Positions 1-8,917 of a stretch of 64,000 nucleotides of DNA are shown here, piece by piece. Location: IMG/VR virus record IMGVR_UViG_3300036790_000408, positions 32,001-96,000 of that record; one strand, given 5' to 3'. The notes under the pieces are model-generated. The model ran no database searches. It worked only from the letters and a program-made list of their open reading frames with translations, and was not told the DNA's origin. The DNA comes from a virus. A program made the translations under genes and the position numbers. Every line of letters begins with the position of its first letter. Within the stretch, counting starts at the first letter, position 1.

Positions 1-284
1 ACGCTGAAATTCTCCAGGGCGACATTGAAACGACTCATGTCATTACGAAAGCCAGTGGTAATGCTCTCGATATCAGACTTCCACTCGGCCGACATGTTGG
101 TTTGCTGACGCTCAAGATGCTCAAGGTGAACCTTGAGGCTGGAGACGTTGTCGCGTTGGGTAGCGAAGCCATCGACAACGTTGGACAGACTATCTTCAAG
201 CCGCCTCAGCGTATCATTCTGCTCGTTTCCGCTAGGACGTAAGGGCGTTGTCCTCCTTCGACGACGTGAAGGTTCGGTAGCCAT
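1..284 (-). CDS. Coiled-coil phage protein, partial (runs off left edge)
   Basis: Read manually: ATG at 284 after GGAG/GGGGA, MATEPSRRRR...LRRLEDSLSNVVDGFATQRDNVSSLKVHLEHLERQQ..., open to base 1; heptad-like pattern; co-oriented with the late operon. Confidence 0.6.
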   Translation of the reverse strand, partial: MATEPSRRRRRTTPLRPSGNEQNDTLRRLEDSLSNVVDGFATQRDNVSSLKVHLEHLERQQTNMSAEWKSDIESITTGFRNDMSRFNVALENFS

Positions 285-310
285 ATCCCCATCTCCGGCG
301 CGCCGTCAGA

Positions 311-2335
311 TCAAAGTGACTGGACCCGCACTGGGATCGAAAAACTGCTCCTCGAGCCGGACGCAAAAGTCGCGGTGCAGCGCAAACTGTAGGTGGTGGG
401 CAATGATAGTGGCGTAAATGGTAGGGCGGTCACCTCCACAAGATAGCCGTTGATGAACACCGGCCCGAAGAAGGTAAAGCCGGCCGGAACGGAGGTCACG
501 GTGGCCGAGACAATCGCGTCTCCGGGAGCGGCCCTGGCCGCCCAATTGAAAGCAAATGTGGTCTGATCGCTCGGATCAATCGGCGCGAAATAGGGTGGCT
601 CAGCCAAACCCCCAGCGGGTGGCAGCAATACCGTTTGCTGATAGGCCCATGGTGCTACGAAGAGATGATACCACGGCGTCGTGGAGCTCGACTGGCCCTG
701 CGCGGCGCCGAGGATGCGGCCGTGTGGCGTGGAGGTGGTGAAGGCTTGGGCGTTGCTCGTAGTGAATTCGCGCGCGGTGCCCTTGCCGATACTGACGGAT
801 TGCGGGCTGTAGATGCTGATGATCTTGGCGATGAGCCGCGCCAGGATGGAAGCGTTGCCCTGCGCGACGGAGGCTGAGTGGCCACGCGAGCGCTGCACGA
901 AGGCAGTATTCCCGTCGGCGGCGATCAGGATCTTCACCCGGCTACGGATGAGTTCCGTCGATTGTGGCGAGTTGCTGTTGAGCGGTCGCGGCCGCACCGC
1001 TGAGACGAATAAACCCAGGACTTCCGCGCTAAAGATCGATCGTACCAAGCCGATCGACTTGATCGCCGCGGCCGCGTTGGCGGAGGCCAGCGATCGGATG
1101 GTAGACATCTGTCTGGCGAGTGCGGCGACCTGCCCCTGTGCCAGCGCGATAACCTCGGGAAGGATCTTGGTCACGTGGGTGGACAGATGCCCGGCGTTGG
1201 CATCGCTGGTCGGCAAAGATTTGGCGCGGATGATCGGCGTCAGCAGGCTGGCGGACTGGGCATCGACCGCACTGCGCGACGACAGGATACGGAGCGTGCC
1301 GGATATCATGGCGGCAATGGAGGTGGCCGCGACGGACCTTGGCAGCCCGGCTGAGCGCCGGGTCGATGCGGCGTTTGCATCGCTGGCCGAGAGCACCTTG
1401 CCGTCGGTGCGCTGTAGCGCGGCGCTCTCGGCGGAGGTGGCGTGGAATAGCTTGCCACTCCCACGCAGCAAGGACGGACCGGGAGCCTGACTAGCGTGGA
1501 AGTGGCTGCTTATGGCGCGCAGGACAGCCAGCGTGCCTGTCGTTGCGACGCCATAAACCTGATGGAGGGTGCGGGCGCCGAGTGGCGAACCGAGCGCCTC
1601 CGCGGAGCCGATGGAGAATGCCTTGCCGGTTTGACGGGAGAGTTTGGAGCTTTCGCCGTCGGTAGTCTGAACAACCTTCCCACGATTACGTATGGCCGAT
1701 GTGGCTTGGCTTGAGGCGGCACTAAAGTGGCGCACGAGCGAGCGTAGGATCGCTATGGTCTGCGAGCTGATGATGCCGCGCAGCACGCCGACCGTACGCA
1801 CCAAGACGATGGACTGCGTGCCGGCGACGCTGGGGATGGCCTGGCTTAGGCCGCGGCCAAAACCAATCACCTCGGCGGAAGCCACATTGTAGCCGGCCGG
1901 TGCGACCAGTTTAAGCAGACTGGCAAAGCGAGCGCTGTGACTGGCTGCTACCACGGCGTGATACGGCACGCTGTTGAATTGCGCGGCGAAGGATGGCGCA
2001 GCCACGCTGAGATTGGGTGGCGTCGTGGCGCGCAGGATGCGTTGGCTTGAACTAGAGGACTCGGCCGATCCCGTGGACCCGGACTGGTGGTAGATGTGCG
2101 CGCTAGCGCTCTTGACCATGCTGTAGGCAGCAGCGCTGGCGGCAGAGATCACTCGACCGCGATTGTTGTGCGTGTTGTGCGCCGACTGCGGGCTGACGGC
2201 ACCGGTGAGAGTGATGAGTTGCGGCCCCTTGCGGGTGCTGGTGGCAGCCGTATCGCCGTGGGTAGCGGAGACGCTGAGCTGATGAGTGACCGCGGAGGTC
2301 GGGAATTCCTCGGTTAGTTGGTAGCCGTACAGCAT
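311..2335 (-). CDS. Putative virion fibre/structural protein with ~18-aa Ala/Ser-rich repeats and small C-terminal Ig-like domain
   Basis: 674-aa ORF; 18-residue period (GKLFHATSAESAALQRTD/GKVLSASDANAASTRRSA; VKILIAADGNTAFVQRSR/GHSASVAQGNASILARLI); C-terminus IDPSDQTTFAFNW...GDAIVSATV resembles small phage structural domains. Confidence 0.6.
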   Translation of the reverse strand: MLYGYQLTEEFPTSAVTHQLSVSATHGDTAATSTRKGPQLITLTGAVSPQSAHNTHNNRGRVISAASAAAYSMVKSASAHIYHQSGSTGSAESSSSSQRILRATTPPNLSVAAPSFAAQFNSVPYHAVVAASHSARFASLLKLVAPAGYNVASAEVIGFGRGLSQAIPSVAGTQSIVLVRTVGVLRGIISSQTIAILRSLVRHFSAASSQATSAIRNRGKVVQTTDGESSKLSRQTGKAFSIGSAEALGSPLGARTLHQVYGVATTGTLAVLRAISSHFHASQAPGPSLLRGSGKLFHATSAESAALQRTDGKVLSASDANAASTRRSAGLPRSVAATSIAAMISGTLRILSSRSAVDAQSASLLTPIIRAKSLPTSDANAGHLSTHVTKILPEVIALAQGQVAALARQMSTIRSLASANAAAAIKSIGLVRSIFSAEVLGLFVSAVRPRPLNSNSPQSTELIRSRVKILIAADGNTAFVQRSRGHSASVAQGNASILARLIAKIISIYSPQSVSIGKGTAREFTTSNAQAFTTSTPHGRILGAAQGQSSSTTPWYHLFVAPWAYQQTVLLPPAGGLAEPPYFAPIDPSDQTTFAFNWAARAAPGDAIVSATVTSVPAGFTFFGPVFINGYLVEVTALPFTPLSLPTTYSLRCTATFASGSRSSFSIPVRVQSL

Positions 2336-2354
2336 CCACGGCTCCCGTCAGAGA

Positions 2355-2909
2355 CTACCAATTTACCACGTTCGGCTTCACTCCCGCCGCCAGAGCCGCG
2401 CGCGGTGGACATAGCTTGTTCTGTTTGGTCGCCTGCTTCTGCCAGGAACAGACGTCGGCGAACCGACAGTCATAGGTCCGCGGTGGGTCCGGCTTGCGGC
2501 GGTTGGCCACGGCACGCTCCACCAATCTGTGCTGGAACCCAGTCGAGCACCCCACGAGCCACCAGGGACAGCCACCGTGGTCGATATCGTCCTGCTCGGG
2601 GCATGTGCCGGCATAGATCCCGGCGTTCGGCGAACCGTCATTGGCGATCAGCGGGCACATGGAGGCCGGGCAGATCACCTCCGGACCGCCTGGATCGAGC
2701 GGCTTGGAACGCTGCGGCTCGGTGGGCCCATTCGGCGGCGGTTGGCCTGGCCGCAGGTCGATCATGCCGTTGACCATCGGCGTCGGCAGGCAGGCCTGGC
2801 AGTACCATTTCCCACCGAAGGATCGGAATACCCTGGCTTCGAGCGGGGTATTGCCGCACTTGGAGCAGTTGAACTTCTTGGTGCCTGGATAGGCATCGCG
2901 CTCAACCAT
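2355..2909 (-). CDS. Cys-rich putative Zn-binding protein
   Basis: CSKC...CQAC plus further Cys clusters; tightly packed in the operon. Confidence 0.55.
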   Translation of the reverse strand: MVERDAYPGTKKFNCSKCGNTPLEARVFRSFGGKWYCQACLPTPMVNGMIDLRPGQPPPNGPTEPQRSKPLDPGGPEVICPASMCPLIANDGSPNAGIYAGTCPEQDDIDHGGCPWWLVGCSTGFQHRLVERAVANRRKPDPPRTYDCRFADVCSWQKQATKQNKLCPPRAALAAGVKPNVVNW

Positions 2910-3179
2910 TCAGAAGTCCAGATAGCCCGTATCTTTGGGCTTGGCTGCCTCTTTCATGCATTCCTTGCACGGTGGATTGTGCGGGAACTGAAAGCGACAG
3001 TTCAGATACTTCAGCTTTGATACCGGCATTCCGGCCTCTACCCACGCTTGATACCCAGCGGAGCACAGATCGAACGCGTTCGCCTCCTCCGGTGTCTCCT
3101 GCCGGACCTGGTAGTTCGAGAACTCGCTCACAGGAACCTCTTTTAGGTGGTCAGGCCTCGGTACGTTGACGGTATGCAT
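2910..3179 (-). CDS. Small hypothetical protein
   Basis: 89-aa ORF abutting the next gene; C-terminal CxxC. Confidence 0.5.
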   Translation of the reverse strand: MHTVNVPRPDHLKEVPVSEFSNYQVRQETPEEANAFDLCSAGYQAWVEAGMPVSKLKYLNCRFQFPHNPPCKECMKEAAKPKDTGYLDF

Positions 3180-3355
3180 GACACATCGTCCAACAGGCTT
3201 GGCGAGCCATGGTGGTGTACCGCCGGCTCCTTCCGGTCCTTGTCAGCTTCGATGAAAATTCTGTGGCTATCGACGTCCACCCACACTCCGATAGGATAGT
3301 TGGAGGCACCGGCGCTGATTTTATGGCCACGAATTTCTGCCGAAAAACTGTTCAT
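3143..3355 (-). CDS. Small hypothetical protein
   Basis: ATG at 3355 overlaps the upstream stop (ATGA); MNSFSAEIRGHKI... Confidence 0.4.
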   Translation of the reverse strand: MNSFSAEIRGHKISAGASNYPIGVWVDVDSHRIFIEADKDRKEPAVHHHGSPSLLDDVSCIPSTYRGLTT

Positions 3356-4011
3356 TGCTTCTTGTACTCCGCCCAAAAGGTGCGCGCGGCAAACTTAGGG
3401 TGCACGCGCTGGGCGTCGAGCTTACCACCATCCACCGGACAACCGAAGTGGTCCTCCAGCGGTTTACAGATATCAATCCCATCATTGACAAAGCCCATCT
3501 CGATGGTCGGCACGAAGCGGATCAGCTCGTTCATAACCAACAGACGTCCGCCGGGCTTCAAGGCTGTATGTAAAAGGAGCGCGTCGTCGGTCGGCTGGCC
3601 GGAGTGCTGCAACACCCACAGGCAGATGGCGTAATCGAATTGGTTCTCAAGCGACAGCAGGGATTGCGGCTCACAGGTGCGGAACTCCCGCCGCCGGACA
3701 TGCCGGGAGGCGATGGTTCGCATCGACACGCTGGCGTCCACCCCGAGCACGCCACAACCACGAGCCTCGATGAGCGCCTTGGACATCCGCCCGGTGCCGC
3801 AACCATAGTCCAGCACCGCTGTGGTGTGGCGGGTGTTGGGGAAGCGATCGAGGATGAAGTCCAGGGTGTACTCGGTCTCCTCCACCCAGCGCTTCTCGCT
3901 TCGAGTGTGAGTTTCTCCATCCGTGGTGCCAACCTCCCCAAGCGTCATGTGCTTGGCCTGGTTCAGGTTGGCAACGCGGTAGGCATCGGGGTTGAAGGTG
4001 GCTTGTCTCAT
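3352..4011 (-). CDS. Class I SAM-dependent methyltransferase (paralog B)
   Basis: VLDYGCGTGR SAM motif, GVDASVSM, ICLWVLQH; start moved to ATG 4011 (ATGA overlap). Confidence 0.85.
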   Translation of the reverse strand: MRQATFNPDAYRVANLNQAKHMTLGEVGTTDGETHTRSEKRWVEETEYTLDFILDRFPNTRHTTAVLDYGCGTGRMSKALIEARGCGVLGVDASVSMRTIASRHVRRREFRTCEPQSLLSLENQFDYAICLWVLQHSGQPTDDALLLHTALKPGGRLLVMNELIRFVPTIEMGFVNDGIDICKPLEDHFGCPVDGGKLDAQRVHPKFAARTFWAEYKKQ

Positions 4012-4679
4012 GACATCCTGTAATGCGCCCACCAAGAGCGCGCCGCTATGTCTGGGAGAACTCTTTGGGGATCGATCCTGCCACAGGCAATCGGGGCGTC
4101 GAACCGCTGATCTAGGATGGCCCTCACATCCTGACCGTCGTCGATGAATTTCTCCCCGACAACCGGTACGAACCGAGCGGTCTCATTCCAAACTATCAAA
4201 CTACCGCCAGATTTTAGCGTGCGATGCATAAGCTGGACATCATTGCGCGGATCGGCTGAGTGCTGGAGTACCCAGAAGCAGACCGCAACATCAAACACGC
4301 CCGTCATCAGTGGCGATTGAAGGCTGACGTTGTCGCATGTTCTGAACTGCTCGCTGCGAACGACTTGTGCCCCAGCTATCATCCTCATTGAGGGGCTGGC
4401 GTCCACTCCAATCACCCGACAGCCAGCGTGATCGATGAGCGCCTTAGCTACGCGCCCCGTACCGCAACCATAATCCAGAACGATTGTAGATCGATCGATG
4501 TCGAGTCGATCGGTCAGAAACTCCAGAGCGTATTGTGTCTCAGCTACCCACCGAGCGTGGGTCTCGATGCGCGTCTGCTCGTCGTTTAGGCCGCGCACCC
4601 CGACCGTGACCAGCTTTGCCTGATCAAGGTCGGATACGTCGTAAGCATCACGGCAGAACTCAACCCTCACCAGCGACAC
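4008..4679 (-). CDS. Class I SAM-dependent methyltransferase (paralog A)
   Basis: VLDYGCGTGR, GVDASPSM, VCFWVLQH; colinear with paralog B. Confidence 0.85.
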   Translation of the reverse strand: MSLVRVEFCRDAYDVSDLDQAKLVTVGVRGLNDEQTRIETHARWVAETQYALEFLTDRLDIDRSTIVLDYGCGTGRVAKALIDHAGCRVIGVDASPSMRMIAGAQVVRSEQFRTCDNVSLQSPLMTGVFDVAVCFWVLQHSADPRNDVQLMHRTLKSGGSLIVWNETARFVPVVGEKFIDDGQDVRAILDQRFDAPIACGRIDPQRVLPDIAARSWWAHYRMS

Positions 4680-4706
4680 ACCTTGTGATGGCGAGTAGGA
4701 TGGGTT

Positions 4707-5795
4707 TCATGACATGATCTCTTTTTCCCGTGCGGCTTTGGCTGCGGCCCGACCATAAAGCCCAATTCGTCCACGCCGCCAGCCTTCCGGAATGGGATCG
4801 GTGTCGCTTTGACGAATATTGTTCTGACCATCAGTAATCCAGCACTTCCCCTGCCGCGAGGCTATAAGGGCTGCCCGAGATGCTTCGTTACTCCAGGCTG
4901 CACTACCTCGCCGAGATAACTCCTCTGTCGTTAAGACCGGCCGTCCCTTCTTCACATACCGAGGCGCCTTCACGGTCACGATCCGTGGTTTTCGCGCCTT
5001 CTTTTCTCTTGGCTCTCTGGCGTCGATCAGCTTTTGCACATCGAACGTGCGCCCAGGGTTCCAACCCAACGGAGGATTTTCGCCGATTGGGACGCGCTTA
5101 TTCGTGACCCCGTCGGTATACCAAGAGAACGGACGCCGGTTCTCCATCATCCGCGCTCGCTTCTCTGGGTCGTTCCAGATGTCAGCGTGACCAGCTTTGA
5201 TGTTGGCTTTTGCCTGGTCGCTGCGTGGACCTACCGCTAGTGCGCGTAGCGTTGTGGCGTGAGCGTCGGCCAGATAACGGCCAGCGTGCCACCCAATAGG
5301 AACCGGCTCTGCGGATGGATGCAGCTTGCTGGAAATCCCATCGTTAATCCATACGTGCGGATTGGCTGCCATACCCGCTCGAACGAGCGCCAACCTTGCA
5401 GCGGACTGCTCTGGGGTTTCCTTAAAACCGAGACGGTGCTGTCCTGCCTTGGGATTATTCTGCTGCGCGATGGACATTCTCGCTCTAGCCTCATCGGAAT
5501 ATTTGAGGCCGAGATTGCTATCCGCTGCGGGTCGCCCATTGTAGCATGAGTTTAAGGTATCGATGTAGTATTGCTCACGAAGCACCTTGTCCTCATCAAG
5601 GCACTCTTCGATGATCTCAAAGAGAAATGCCGCCTTCCCGTGCTTGGTCCACGATCTTTGTAAATAAGACGCGTGGTGATCCCCAAGGTTGAGGTGGTAA
5701 CGATGCGCTCTCCATCGGGCGGTAGCCACCATACTCGTGTGTCCGACATAGCATTTATCGGTTCCGACCCGAGTGATCCTGTAGATGAATGCCAT
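4707..5795 (-). CDS. GIY-YIG homing endonuclease (Seg-like) with repeated C-terminal DNA-binding motifs
   Basis: N-terminal FIYRIT...CYVGHT...R...FLFEIIE...EQYYIDT...YN; three WxxDG...P.GW..GR repeats; RBS GGAGGA; AT-richer than flanks. Confidence 0.85.
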   Translation of the reverse strand: MAFIYRITRVGTDKCYVGHTSMVATARWRAHRYHLNLGDHHASYLQRSWTKHGKAAFLFEIIEECLDEDKVLREQYYIDTLNSCYNGRPAADSNLGLKYSDEARARMSIAQQNNPKAGQHRLGFKETPEQSAARLALVRAGMAANPHVWINDGISSKLHPSAEPVPIGWHAGRYLADAHATTLRALAVGPRSDQAKANIKAGHADIWNDPEKRARMMENRRPFSWYTDGVTNKRVPIGENPPLGWNPGRTFDVQKLIDAREPREKKARKPRIVTVKAPRYVKKGRPVLTTEELSRRGSAAWSNEASRAALIASRQGKCWITDGQNNIRQSDTDPIPEGWRRGRIGLYGRAAAKAAREKEIMS

Positions 5796-5859
5796 ACATT
5801 TCCTCCGTTCATTCAGGCAGAAAATTCCTGATGAACGTTATGTATGGCATTTTATTCAT
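5785..5859 (-). promoter_or_regulatory. RNA hairpin sequestering the GIY-YIG start codon
   Basis: Perfect 11-bp arms ATGCCATACAT (5789-5799) / ATGTATGGCAT (5840-5850) plus inner arms 5806-5817 / 5827-5837; ATG at 5795 lies in the stem. Confidence 0.7.
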
Positions 5860-5891
5860 GCAGTCAATCGGAAAAAGTTTATACAAAACTC

Positions 5892-5920
5892 TTGCCAAAC
5901 CTAGAGAAACCTAGTATAAA
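5892..5920 (+). promoter_or_regulatory. Near-consensus sigma70-type promoter, antisense to the late operon
   Basis: TTGCCA (5892-5897), 17-nt spacer, TATAAA (5915-5920). Confidence 0.5.
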
Positions 5921-5922
5921 TG

Positions 5923-6582
5923 CTAGGTTAAGGTGTCCGAGAACGTGAACGAAATCGAATCATTCGTGTTAAGTCCAATCCCCGCGAAATCCGCATGGAT
6001 GAACATGTTCCCGCCCTGCGACGCGCCGTACGTTGCCGTCTGCCCGGTGGTCCAGCCACCCGCACCGCCGTCACCACCCGAGGTCACGACGCTGGATGCG
6101 GCCTGAATTGCGGCGGTTGATCCCAGCGCGCCACGAGAGATCGACAGCGTGGTCGAGTTCGCACCGGTGACCAGGATCGTCTCGTTGGCAACCTGCGCGT
6201 AGAAGTTACCCGTGGTCGGGCCGATGTTCGCGGCCAGCGTCATCGACGTGGCAGATGCCGTGATCGATGCTGACAGGGTCGATGTACCGCTCAGCGTCGT
6301 GGTGTCGAACAGCCCGGCCTCGGCGATGGTCTTGCCGGCGGTGGCGCAGACGATCGTGCCGGTCACCTGATACGTGTCGCCCAACTGCGTCGTGGTCAGG
6401 ATCGAGCTGGTGCCAGCCGTGCGCGCCTCGGTCTGCGGCCCGAAGAGATTGACGTTGGCATTCGCGGAACCGGTGACGGCGGTCGTGCCCCAGCCAATGT
6501 TCTTGGCCTCGGTGCCATTGCCCTTCATCCTCTGCCAGAGGATGCCGCGGCCGGAAAACGTGGCTACAGTGTTGTTCGACAC
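5923..6582 (-). CDS. Tail collar/fibre-base-like structural protein with internal inserted domain
   Basis: IGWGT...E.R...TIAEAGLFD...GNMFIHADF...DSISFTF motif chain, interrupted by ~95 aa containing an RG..G.TAA..A motif. Confidence 0.55.
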   Translation of the reverse strand: MSNNTVATFSGRGILWQRMKGNGTEAKNIGWGTTAVTGSANANVNLFGPQTEARTAGTSSILTTTQLGDTYQVTGTIVCATAGKTIAEAGLFDTTTLSGTSTLSASITASATSMTLAANIGPTTGNFYAQVANETILVTGANSTTLSISRGALGSTAAIQAASSVVTSGGDGGAGGWTTGQTATYGASQGGNMFIHADFAGIGLNTNDSISFTFSDTLT

Positions 6583-6657
6583 GATGGTATCTCCTGCGTA
6601 ACAATTGGGGGAAAGTTCAGGCGCACTTAGTCAGTGGGCTGCGAACTAGCCCCTGGG

Positions 6658-7989
6658 CTAAAGCTTCTCGTCCGCCAGTTTATTGAGGGCTGTGCGGAGG
6701 TTGTTGATGACGTGGCGCCAGTCGCCGATGGTGACCTGGCGGAACAGTCTGGCGCTCGGATACCAGGGCGTGGTCTGGCCATCCTGGCCCCAGATCCAGT
6801 AGGGATCGGCGCAAAGCATGACCCAGGTCGGCACGCCGATCGCCGCGGCGAAATGTGCGACGCTCGTGCATACGGTGATGACGACGTCCATTTCCATCAG
6901 AGCGACGCCAGTGCCGACCCAGCCCTCTTTCTCGATCTCACCACCCAGATCGCAGATCAGGTTCTCGGCGCGCAGGCGGGCGATGTCGGCTCGGCCGGGC
7001 CCGCACTGGAAGCCATAGAAGACGATCCTCGGATCCTCGGCGAGCGGTAGCAGTTCTTCGAGCGGAATGGATCTGTCGTGGTTGCGGCGCTGCTCTGGGT
7101 TGCCGGTCCAGACAATCCCCACTTTGAGTGATGGCAGGTTTGGTGACGGCAGGTTGATCGTGGTGCCCTTGCGCGCCTCCAGAATGCGCTCGCGCAAGTA
7201 CCCGGGGTCCGCCGGGATATTGTCCGGCCGCGTGCCGTGTATCTCTGGCAAGGTGCAGATGTACGTAGCGTAGTCGATGTCCTTCGGCCAGGGCAGGCCG
7301 ACGTTCATCAGTTTGACGATCTCGCTGTAGCACCAAAACACATTGATCAGCGTGTCGTATGGACAGAACAGGATACGGCAGGTGGGCCACATCTGTTTCA
7401 TCCAGGCGAAGTACCGCGCGAACAGGTAGCGATCACCAACTCCCTGCTCGGCCTGGATGTAGATCGTTTTGTCGGCCAGATCCTCACCGTGCCACAGCGG
7501 TGCTGGGAGGTCTGGGTAGAGTGATGTGCCGCGGTGCTCGCGGCGCACGTCGTAAAGGGCCAGGCCCCGCTCCCAGTTGCCCTCACGCAGGTATAGGAGG
7601 GACAGATCCCAGAGCGGTCCCTTGCTCTTGGGGTCGAGGTCAGAAGCCCGCTGGAGATGGGTCTCAGCCTTGCCGTAGTGGCTCACAGCCGAAAGAAACA
7701 CCCCATAGTTGCCATGGAATGCCGCCCGCTCCGGGTCCATGCTGATAGCCAGGCGGAACGCGCTCATGGCCTCGGCATGCTGGCCGTTCTGCCATAGGGC
7801 AATGCCGAGGTTGCTGATGATATCCGGACTCGATGGGAGGAGGGCGGTCGCTCGCCGCAGCATGGCGATGACGGTGGGGATGGCCGCGCGGTGCTCAAGG
7901 ACGGCCATGGCAGCGTCGTTGAGCAACTCCGCCTGGACGTGCTCCTCGCTCTTGTCGAAGAGTTCAGGATGCTCCGCGATCATATCCAT
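6658..7989 (-). CDS. TPR-domain glycosyltransferase (GT9-like C-terminus)
   Basis: TPR helices then W.GEDL..KTI.I.AEQG.GD, KVGIVWTGNP...HDRSI, MDVVITVCTSVAHFAAAIGVPTWVML, WYPSARLFRQ. Confidence 0.85.
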   Translation of the reverse strand: MDMIAEHPELFDKSEEHVQAELLNDAAMAVLEHRAAIPTVIAMLRRATALLPSSPDIISNLGIALWQNGQHAEAMSAFRLAISMDPERAAFHGNYGVFLSAVSHYGKAETHLQRASDLDPKSKGPLWDLSLLYLREGNWERGLALYDVRREHRGTSLYPDLPAPLWHGEDLADKTIYIQAEQGVGDRYLFARYFAWMKQMWPTCRILFCPYDTLINVFWCYSEIVKLMNVGLPWPKDIDYATYICTLPEIHGTRPDNIPADPGYLRERILEARKGTTINLPSPNLPSLKVGIVWTGNPEQRRNHDRSIPLEELLPLAEDPRIVFYGFQCGPGRADIARLRAENLICDLGGEIEKEGWVGTGVALMEMDVVITVCTSVAHFAAAIGVPTWVMLCADPYWIWGQDGQTTPWYPSARLFRQVTIGDWRHVINNLRTALNKLADEKL

Positions 7990-7995
7990 GCGGGG

Positions 7996-8310
7996 TTAAG
8001 CCGATGGGGCTGCCGGCGCCTCGGTCGTCTGACTTAAGTCGGTGCTTACGGCCACGGGGGCGGGATCATCAGCCTTGCTGAAGCTCATCTTGACTGTGCC
8101 GCCGGCAGTGAAGACGGACTTGGCCTCAGCAACTTCACCTGCTTTGCGGAAGCGCAATACCATGGATCCATGCTGGCCATCTTCGTGGTGAAGCTCGACC
8201 TCGAACTCCTGGATGTGACCAATGATGGTCTCATCCTGATAGGCCACCGGCACCTGCACGGGGTGCGACGAGGCCCGGTTCACACGCAAAATCACGTCGG
8301 TCATGTTCAT
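7996..8310 (-). CDS. Hypothetical protein
   Basis: 104-aa ORF, operon-packed. Confidence 0.55.
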   Translation of the reverse strand: MNMTDVILRVNRASSHPVQVPVAYQDETIIGHIQEFEVELHHEDGQHGSMVLRFRKAGEVAEAKSVFTAGGTVKMSFSKADDPAPVAVSTDLSQTTEAPAAPSA

Positions 8311-8604
8311 TCACCCTCTGGAGAAAATTCTACGCCAAACCCTACCGAGACTTACCCGTTGCTGCGGCGTGCGATCGGCGCCGCAGTGCGGACACATCGG
8401 GCCTACCGGCTGACCCTCCCGCGGATCACCTTCAGGCACCCAGCAACCGATCCAGTCTTTTTTGATGCGCTCCTCGGAACACCAAGTGCCAGGAGCACCG
8501 CATTTGGGGTTGCGGCACGCTCGGTTGACCGTAACAAACAGAGCTTGCTCTCGGTAAACCTCTCCGTGCGAAGCGTGGCCGGTCATACTCTGATTAGTTT
8601 CCAA
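8311..8604 (-). CDS. Small Zn-ribbon-like protein
   Basis: CRNPKC...CPHC; abuts next gene. Confidence 0.5.
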   Translation of the reverse strand: METNQSMTGHASHGEVYREQALFVTVNRACRNPKCGAPGTWCSEERIKKDWIGCWVPEGDPREGQPVGPMCPHCGADRTPQQRVSLGRVWRRIFSRG

Positions 8605-8912
8605 GGAAAGCTCCTGGCTGTCCCCGCTACCTGGAGCAGGGTGACTCTGATGCTTTGGTCTGACGGCTGCGGTGGCGAAGCCGAAATCTGATTGACCGGC
8701 GGCACCGGGCCGTAGCTCTCTTTCCAGGTTAATCGGAGGGTTCCTCCACTTAGCGTCATCACGTACATCCGCAGCTCAAGCACGTCGCCGATCTGCATCG
8801 CCGAGATGTCCACCTCAAAATAGTACGTGGCATTGGTGGTATCGGTCGTGAGTGTCTGCTCGGTGCCGACGACAGCGGTTTGGGTGCCATTGGAGCTGGA
8901 AGTCCACGCCAC
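8583..8912 (-). CDS. Hypothetical beta-rich virion protein
   Basis: 109-aa ORF, Thr-rich beta pattern. Confidence 0.55.
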   Translation of the reverse strand: MAWTSSSNGTQTAVVGTEQTLTTDTTNATYYFEVDISAMQIGDVLELRMYVMTLSGGTLRLTWKESYGPVPPVNQISASPPQPSDQSIRVTLLQVAGTARSFPWKLIRV

Positions 8913-8917
8913 CGGTC

